DNA of 64,000 nt, from NCBI RefSeq assembly GCF_009914755.1, contig NC_060930.1; one strand, 5' to 3'. Position numbers and translations under genes: made by a program. This DNA comes from the human T2T-CHM13v2.0 reference genome, Homo sapiens. This document shows positions 55,684-64,000 of this stretch, piece by piece. Numbering within the stretch: the first letter of the stretch is position 1; each line of letters begins with the position of its first letter. Under the pieces are notes generated by a model. It was given only the letters and a program-made list of their open reading frames with translations. It made no database searches and had not been told where the DNA came from.

Positions 55684-56418
55684 GATTACACCTCTTTCCC
55701 TTAATGGCAGGGTTAACAGAAGCAGCATTTTGTGACACATGATTGTGCTGGGAGAAGGGTGAAAGAAAAAGGAAGATGGATTCCTTTAATAAGGGTGTAG
55801 TGCTCTTTTATACTTCTATATGTGTGTAGTGAAAGAAAATGCTTGATAGCAGATATAAGAAGGCCCCTCTTAGTGTTCTGCACTGGAGACCGCAGGCATT
55901 TTGATTTGTGGGTGGAGGTGGAGGGGTGGGTTGGAGTCCAGGTTATTTTACAGCCCAGGGGTGGGCTGTTTGGCAGCATTAGAATGTGGTCCTAAAGTAG
56001 ATTCCTAATAGTTCTTTAGTTAAACAACAAGGAAGTGATTGACAAATGAAAACATTTTGTGTGTGTGGCCAAAATATTGGAACCAGTATGAGATGCCAAA
56101 TATTATAATGTAAATTCAGAAGCATTCCTGGAGTTTTTTTAGAACCAAACCACAATGAAAGTGCTCCTGATGCAACTTTGCCATAATGAGGAAAAATTCA
56201 ATAGGTCCAGTACCCCAACCTTTGTATCTGCCCAAGGCAGACCATGTGTGCAGGCAACAAGGGGAGGGATGGGTTGCCACAGAGCTGAGTAATACCTGAT
56301 GATACAGGTAGAAGTTATCAAAGTGGAAGGCACCTACCTCAACATATTTTTCACTCTAGAAAATGGGTTATTTGGAGAACAGATGTTCATCATAATAAGA
56401 AAAGGTGAGAATAATTAG

Positions 56419-56727
<309 letters not shown>

Positions 56728-56759
56728 AGTTTTTATTCTTCAAATGGTTGACTTACATT

Positions 56760-56930
56760 GCTATTTGTGTGTATTTCTTATGAACTCTCAAAACTATACT
56801 ATGAGATAGGTACAAACAGAGAAAACTGGAGGTAGAGAAGCTCAATAACTTGCTCAAGGTCACGAAGTGGTGGAACTGGGTTTTGAAGCCAGGCACTCAT
56901 GCTCCAGAGCGTATGCTCTTAATCACCTAA
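56760..56930 (-). mobile_element. MIR fragment
   Basis: gaaaactggagg..taacttgctcaaggtcac..ctccagagc..gctcttaatcac. Confidence 0.6.
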
Positions 56931-57722
56931 ACCCCTGTAAACTTAACTGCCTCTTAGTCTCTCTGGATTTATGGACAAAAGAATGCAGCAGCCTTTTGTA
57001 GTCTAACCTCCCACAGGTGGAAGAACCTCTGTTTTCTAAACTTTGCACTTAACCTCACTTATTCTGCAAATTCAGATGTTATGCGGCGAGACTGAGGAAA
57101 TTTTCAATGCATTGACTTAATAATTTGGGCATTTTCCATTGTTATTTCCCTCCCCATTGGTCTCCAGTTGCTTTCCAAACCCATCATCACTGCATTGCCT
57201 TTGGAGGATGTTACAGTGACTAAAATGTTTTAATTCCCAGATTTGCTATGTGTTTGTATATGACCTTAAAGCTAAGGAATTCTCAGGTGATTCTAGTATC
57301 TACATTTGTAAATGGCAGTATCTAGGCTGTAAATAGCAGGTAATGGCTATTGCCTGATGGGTTTTTACAAAGCAATTATTTTGTAAATGATGTTTGGCTT
57401 CTTGGGTCAAAGAACTACATCAATTAAATCAGAAGTGAAAGGTTCTGACATAATACCAGTTATTACTAGGAAATAGAAGAACATGCCTACAATAAGAACC
57501 ATGGAGATCGGAGAACAAATACACTCAATTGAGTGAAAGTAACAAATTATTGGAAAACACTTTTCAAGTAGAAAAAAATGACATGTATATGAACAACAAT
57601 ATTCTTACTAATTTTAAAAGAATATAGAACTTCTCCCATTGCAGCCCATCAAAATCACCTTTAACCATTTTTGTTTGGAAAAATGACTTACTATAATATT
57701 TTGTTTAGAGACTAAAATTCCT

Positions 57723-58029
57723 GGCAAGGCTTGTTGCTCATGTCTATAATCCCAGCACTTCGAGAGGCTGAGGTGGATGGATTACTTGAGCCCAGGAATT
57801 CGAGACCAGCCTGGGCAACATGGCAAAACCCTGTCTCTACAAAAAAATACAAAAATTAGCTGTGTGGTGGCACATGCCTTAAGTCTCAGCTACATAGGAT
57901 GCTGAGGTGGGAGGATCACTTGAATCCAGGGGGTGGAGGTTGCAGTAAACTGAGATCACTCCACTGCATGCCAGCTTGGGTGACAGAGCCAAATCCTATC
58001 TCAAAAAAAAAAAAAAAAAAAAAAAAAAA
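57723..58029 (+). mobile_element. AluJ (Jb-like)
   Basis: tgagcccagg..cctgggcaacatggcaaaaccc, gaggtgggaggatcac. Long A tail. Confidence 0.9.
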
Positions 58030-58339
58030 GGCTGGGCACAGTGGCTCACGCCTGTAATCTCAGCACTTTGGAAGGCTGAGGCAGATAGATCACCTGAAGT
58101 TGGGAGTTCAAGACCAGCCTGGCCAACATGGTAAAACCTTATCTTTAACAAAAATACAAAAATTAGCCAGGTATGGTGGTGCACACCTGTAATCCCAACT
58201 ACTCAGGAGTCTGAGGCACGAGAATCTCTTGATCCTGGGAGGTGGAGGTTGCAGTGAGCCAAGATGGTGCCAGCACTCCAGCCTGGGTGACAGAGTGAGA
58301 CTCTGTCTGAAAAAAAAAAGAAAAATGAAAAAAAAAAAA
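58030..58339 (+). mobile_element. AluSx-like, inserted in the A tail of the preceding AluJ
   Basis: Starts directly after the poly-A. Contains gatcacctga. Confidence 0.9.
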
Positions 58340-60278
58340 GCTGAAGAAGCACTTATTTCATTGATTGACAGAACTGGAAACTTAAAAGACATTAGATTGA
58401 GGTGGTGAAAGCAGCCCACAGACCTTCTCAGAAATGAGATCAAGATGTGCACAGGAGAATTACCAGAAGAGCCTGTCAGATCTGAAGGAAAGGTTGACAA
58501 TAGATCAGGATCTATACAGCAGATATTATTTAAACACAGAAGATGTATATAGCAACATGGATTACAGTATCTCTTCCCTAAATACCAGAACCATATCAAC
58601 TTTAAATCTGCCTAATGGCATCCTAAGAACTGATGAAGAAAAATCGTCTTGTTTCACGTTCAGACAGGTTAGAAGAATCCATGGGCTTCTTGCTCCACAT
58701 TGTTCAATGCTTTCCAACTCCCCTCAAGACATGATTCATGCTCCAATATTCCCTATTCTATATAATTGCCAAATTAAAGCTCTGTTTCCTAAGTCAGACA
58801 TTCTAAACCAATGTGTGAAAAAACAGCTTTGGGAGGGTTGAGTTATTTTCCTCAGTCCTTAGAGTGGCTACATAGGGCCTGAGGCCAGTGGTTTCCAGCC
58901 ATATGCAGCTTTGGCAGTTTACTCTCGTGTAATATGGAAATAATATATTCTATGCATGCTGTGACTTTGCTTTTTTTTTTTTTTTAAGTTAGGGAAGAAC
59001 TTTAAACTTGGAAGACCTGTCCCGAGTATAGCAGGTAGACACTTTGATTAATATTACAAGATTAGCTCATACTAATTTAGGAAGCATTTGGAACAGTGTC
59101 CAGCACATGGTGAGTGAAGTTAAAGTGCTTATCAAAAAACACATATAATTGAAGCTATTATTTAAAAGAATTTACACTAAAGTATAAATGACTAATATGT
59201 TCAATGTACCATGAGGGTGTTAGCTGACTAATAAAGGATCTTGTTAATCTGAATGAATTTCTAATTGGATAAATCACAACTTGTGTGATGAACCCTTGCA
59301 ATCTGTGCATTTTATGCCTTGCAAACTAGTCCTATAAGGCAGAAAATGCACAGATCGATGTTGTTTTATAGTAGAAAGCATCCTGTCACCTACACTTTCT
59401 ATCCTAACACCCTTACAAGTGATTTCATATCCCATAGGATTTGGTAAAAATAATCATCATTGGAGCAAGAAGTGAAAGTTGGCAAGAACCATAGTGGATA
59501 TTTAAAATCAAGGAATTATACGTATAAATCAATAAATAAATTCTGGTCGATTAATGCCAAATATCATCAAAGAATAGAGTAAAGCAATCTGGTCTTTGCA
59601 CAGTGCTTTAGCCTGTCAAAGACAATGTAGCAATAAGCAATTTTACCAAAATATCATAACACAATATCTGACAGTTGAGAATTATTGTATAATCCTGTTA
59701 ACTTGATTAGTCAAATATACAAGTTAGATTTTTCAGTCTATGTTGCACTGATTCCCAAAATTAGATCTCAAATCAGGACTGAAATAGACCTATCAGTAAC
59801 ATGGAGAAATTTCAAGTATATTTCTAAATCCACTAGGAATCAACTATTGTTTTTTTTTTTTTAACTTTCAGTGCCTTTAATTCTTTGCATATATGTAACC
59901 TTTGGGAAAAAATATACATTGCAGGGTTTGACATTATGTATGAATTCTATGCACATAGATTGACTGCTACTGAGTCTCCAGGAGGCTTTGGAGAGAGCAA
60001 AGTGGCACTGAATTTGATCATAGAAGACAGAATCATATTTTTAAAAGAATTCTCCCAGCAATTCAGCTACATAGCAAAGGTTTGTCACTTTTCCTCTCAA
60101 ACCCTTCTGGCTGTCAGTGCTCTTGGAGGAAGGTAAGGAGGAATGCAAACAAACTACTGGGGTGAAATCCAATAATAGAGTTGGGCCCTACTGGGGGCTC
60201 CTGGGAAGAAACAGCCCATCTAACGTTACTTCCACTGCTATCTCATTGTCCAAATCCTGCAATTAAAACCTTTCATTA

Positions 60279-60568
<290 letters not shown>

Positions 60569-63500
60569 TCATTAATACCGTACCTTACAGACTTAAGGTG
60601 TGGCCAAAGAAGTGATCCTGTCTGCTCACAATGCCAGCCATTTTCCCTTTGAAGCAACCAGGAGAAAGATTTAATGGGGCCTCATAAATGGGTAAGGGAA
60701 GAAGTACAGCCAACATCAAACTGAGCTACTAAGTCAGGCTTTCAACTCAGGCTTAGCATCCTTTCTGCTTCAGCACAGTAGCTTCACTGAGTCTCTGCAG
60801 CTTTAGGGAGCCATTGCCTGAGGAAGTAGCTGGTGATGATGGCCATTTTGGAGAGCCTTGGGAGAGGATGCAACACACTATAGGAGGCTGAGGTGCTTAG
60901 TCTTCTGGGCATGCAACAGACATGGACAAAACACTGCTGAATGGCAGTAAAATCTGCTCAGCGTTCTTTGCCTTGTTTATGATCTTCTTGTTATTTAGGA
61001 ACTAATTACACAGTCTGCAGAGTGTCTCTGTTCCCAGGCCTTGTGCTGCTCTCTGACCACTTGCCTGCCTGTTATTTCTGTCTGTAGACAGAGGTCAGCA
61101 AGAGAAGCCATCAGAGTTTAATCAAACTTCTCCCCCACTTGTTAACATCAGTGACAAAATCTTTGATGAGAACAGAATGTTTCATACTTGGCTATCAAGG
61201 ATTCGGGGATCTAGGGATTATTTATGGATTTCGTTAAGCACTTAATTCCCATCCACTGCTATTGTGAATAGCTGAGGTTTTGCCTATATCCCTAACACAA
61301 TTTCAAATCTGCAGAGGGGCTCCTATGCCCTGAAGTGCTGAGCATGTTCAGGTTGTCATGCCTATCCAAGAATTCTGGGTTGCACAATACAAAAATATGC
61401 AAGAAGCACTTGTGTAGGATTACAGGGCAAGACAGGTGAAAATGTTTTAAAGTGTAGGAACATCTCACTTTGAACAATAGAGCTGTTTCAGAAAAAGTTC
61501 TTGTAAAATGGATTTATGAACATTTAGTTACATTTTAATCGACCAGAGGAGTTGATAACTCAAGGCTCACTGTGCAATGAGCTCTTTTGCAGGTGCAAAG
61601 TATTTATGTGAAGAAATAATTCCCTCCCCATTTAGCTTTTTTATGAATTTGAATTTTAATATATCAAGTTGTCTTAAAACACCTGTATAGCTAAATCTGC
61701 CAAGATGCTTTTCACTGAATATCTGGTAGATGAAGGAACTCATTCTCCCAGGGAAATATTATAAACACTTTCAAAGCTGAGAAATGCTTATTGTAAATTG
61801 AACATAAAGTTTTCAATGGGCCACACCTAATTAGGTTTCTACGCCTCTTGAACACTCACTCTCCGCATATGGGAGAAAAGCAAGGAGAGCAGTTCATATA
61901 GTCAGGTTTAGAAGTTTTTGCTTTGTTTAATGTTAAATCTATTTGTTATTGTATTTATGTATATTTGTTTCTAAATATTTATGTATATTAAGTTTCTAAA
62001 TCTTGTATCTTTGCAAATACTTTAATCACTTGCCTACAGAATTTTCATTTAGATCCAAAGAATCAGAATAAGCTCATTTTCATTTATAAATTTCATCTTT
62101 TTCTGCTGTTTATGCCTCATCTTTTCTCTTCTACTCCTAAACAAAAGCTTGTGTTTTTAGCTCCCGTTTTCCAGATGATTGCTCTGTCTTTGCTGTCATT
62201 TGTGCAGACGGCTTCAGAGTTCCTGCACAAGCATATAGTGCCATAAAAATAAGCCAGATTTTTTTAAAAAAATGTTTAAAACATAGTAAATCTGCTTTTG
62301 CCTACTGTTTGACTTTCTCTTGGCTCACTGCCTGAGATCCATTAGGTACACTTGGAATATTCTAGCCCTGGACACGAAGGAAAGAATTTGCTTTTAAGAT
62401 TGCTTTGTACTATTTAAAGTCAGAGATGATAGTAACCAGAACAATGGAATTGAGCCTTGTTGCCAAGTCTTTTGGTTTATGGCTCTTCCTTGGCTTTGGT
62501 ATTCATTCTCATCTTTGCATCTGAGATGAGAAGTCCTATTTTGGTTAATGACAACTTCCCTCACACATGCCTAATCATCCTTAGAGGCAGACCTGGAGGC
62601 TCTTTTGGTTGTTTAGGCATATGTTCATTTATAAACAAAAATGAGTGTATTCTGATTCTTCTGGTCTAAATGAAAATTCTATAGGCAAGTGATCAGTTAG
62701 TAACCTATCCCACAAGACAGGGCAGGAAAAATTAGAAATGGAGAGTCATGGAAGCTGACTGTATTGGTGGACACCACGTTTTAACCATAGTATTGTTTGT
62801 TTCTGGTTCCTAAGCACCAAGGGAAGTCTACTAGCATGCACACAAAGCCTCAAGAAGCTTCTTTACTTCAGGCATCTCCTTAGGCCACCTTGTTAAAGAA
62901 TTTACTTTCATAATCAGTTTCTAAGAATCAGTATTTCTTTTCCTATTTTCCTCCACTTGGACATAACATGATTAGAACAAAGAGTTCTCATGCTTTGGGA
63001 CTGATCAGAATCATCACTAAAGAAAAGACTACCAACAGTCCTACCTTCATGTAGGAACTCTGTTGTTTTCCCTCCACTTGCACATCATAATGGCTGTGAG
63101 AAATGAGGCTCTGGAGGAAATCAATTCACATGGAGCCCCATCTTCTTGGAGGGCTCTCTGGGAGGGGCAACTGCACCAAGATTTTTGTTGAACCATATTT
63201 GCTGCAACGATGACGTGTCCATCACACTCATATCTCTCGAGAGGCCCCCTGGGAGATAGTGGCATTTTGCAGTGAGTGTGGCCTATTCTGGGTCATACCA
63301 AGGACTATTTGGATCTATCTAATTTAGGTAAATAATGATGAAATACATAGGGGTTTTCCCTGTCTTAAGAACTGGAGGATGTTTTCGAAGGGTTTCTTCA
63401 ATCAGTGGGAGGGTACAAACACTTGAAAGTATTCACACTGGATTACTGGGTAAGACAAATTGCTCATAGCCACCCAGGTTAGAAAGATTGGGATTTAACA

Positions 63501-64000
63501 TGACAACCAATCAGAGGCTGAATCGAATGGTTAAAGGGTCTGTGTCCCTTTGTAGAATAATCAGAGATTGTTAATGAAGCACAAACCAGAAAAATTGTTA
63601 TTAGGCTTGTAAGTGCTGGTAATATAATGTGTCCAAAAATACATGGCAAAGCTTACTCTCCCTTAAAAAGACACAAAATTTACACAAAAAAATTTTGTGA
63701 AATGTGTATGGTAAAATCTTTATAAAAGCTGTGAAATGTGCAATTGATTTGGAAAAGGGTTAATGCCAGAATATTTTAAAGCTTTACTCCCCTCCTTGCA
63801 GTGTAATCCAAAGATGTCTTCTGTTTTTTCCTTCCTTTATAAACTCAAACTCTTAATTGAAAAGCAGTCTGTGTTACTCAATATGAATGAAATAAGTACA
63901 CTTGGGTCAGGTGTAGGGTTGGGTTGCTTTGGACAGTTTAAAAAGATTCTCCTCTTAGCCCTTATCTGTTTGTTCCCTGAAGGATTTCTGTATCCCTTCA

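Overview
Human non-coding, AT-rich, CpG-depleted genomic DNA. The species call rests on a near-consensus AluYb8 at 2672-2979, a subfamily known to be human-specific. I found no supportable protein-coding gene, RNA gene, CpG island or CRISPR array. The listed ORFs are mostly Alu, L1, LTR or microsatellite read-throughs, or chance ORFs. The window is a transposon mosaic: about 22 Alus, about 15 solo ERV/MaLR LTRs (many with intact TSDs), old L1 pieces, L2/MIR/CR1 relics and MER5/MER91 DNA transposons. I see no evidence of a new multi-gene system. Most notable structures: (1) an AP-1-bearing LTR10A nested inside a MER41B that keeps both GAS/STAT motifs (53461-54652); (2) a scrambled old L1 with a ~1.1 kb internal inversion and LTR1/L1-RT filler at the junctions (22330-24850); (3) a 22-bp alternating purine-pyrimidine VNTR with six phased CACGTG E-boxes (34361-34514); (4) an Alu plus a twin-primed L1PA stub apparently inserted at the same target site (55173-55696); (5) inverted Alus only 33 bp apart (41990-42650). 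Repeat subfamily names come from my recollection of consensus sequences and need RepeatMasker/Dfam confirmation. Boundaries of ancient repeats are approximate.
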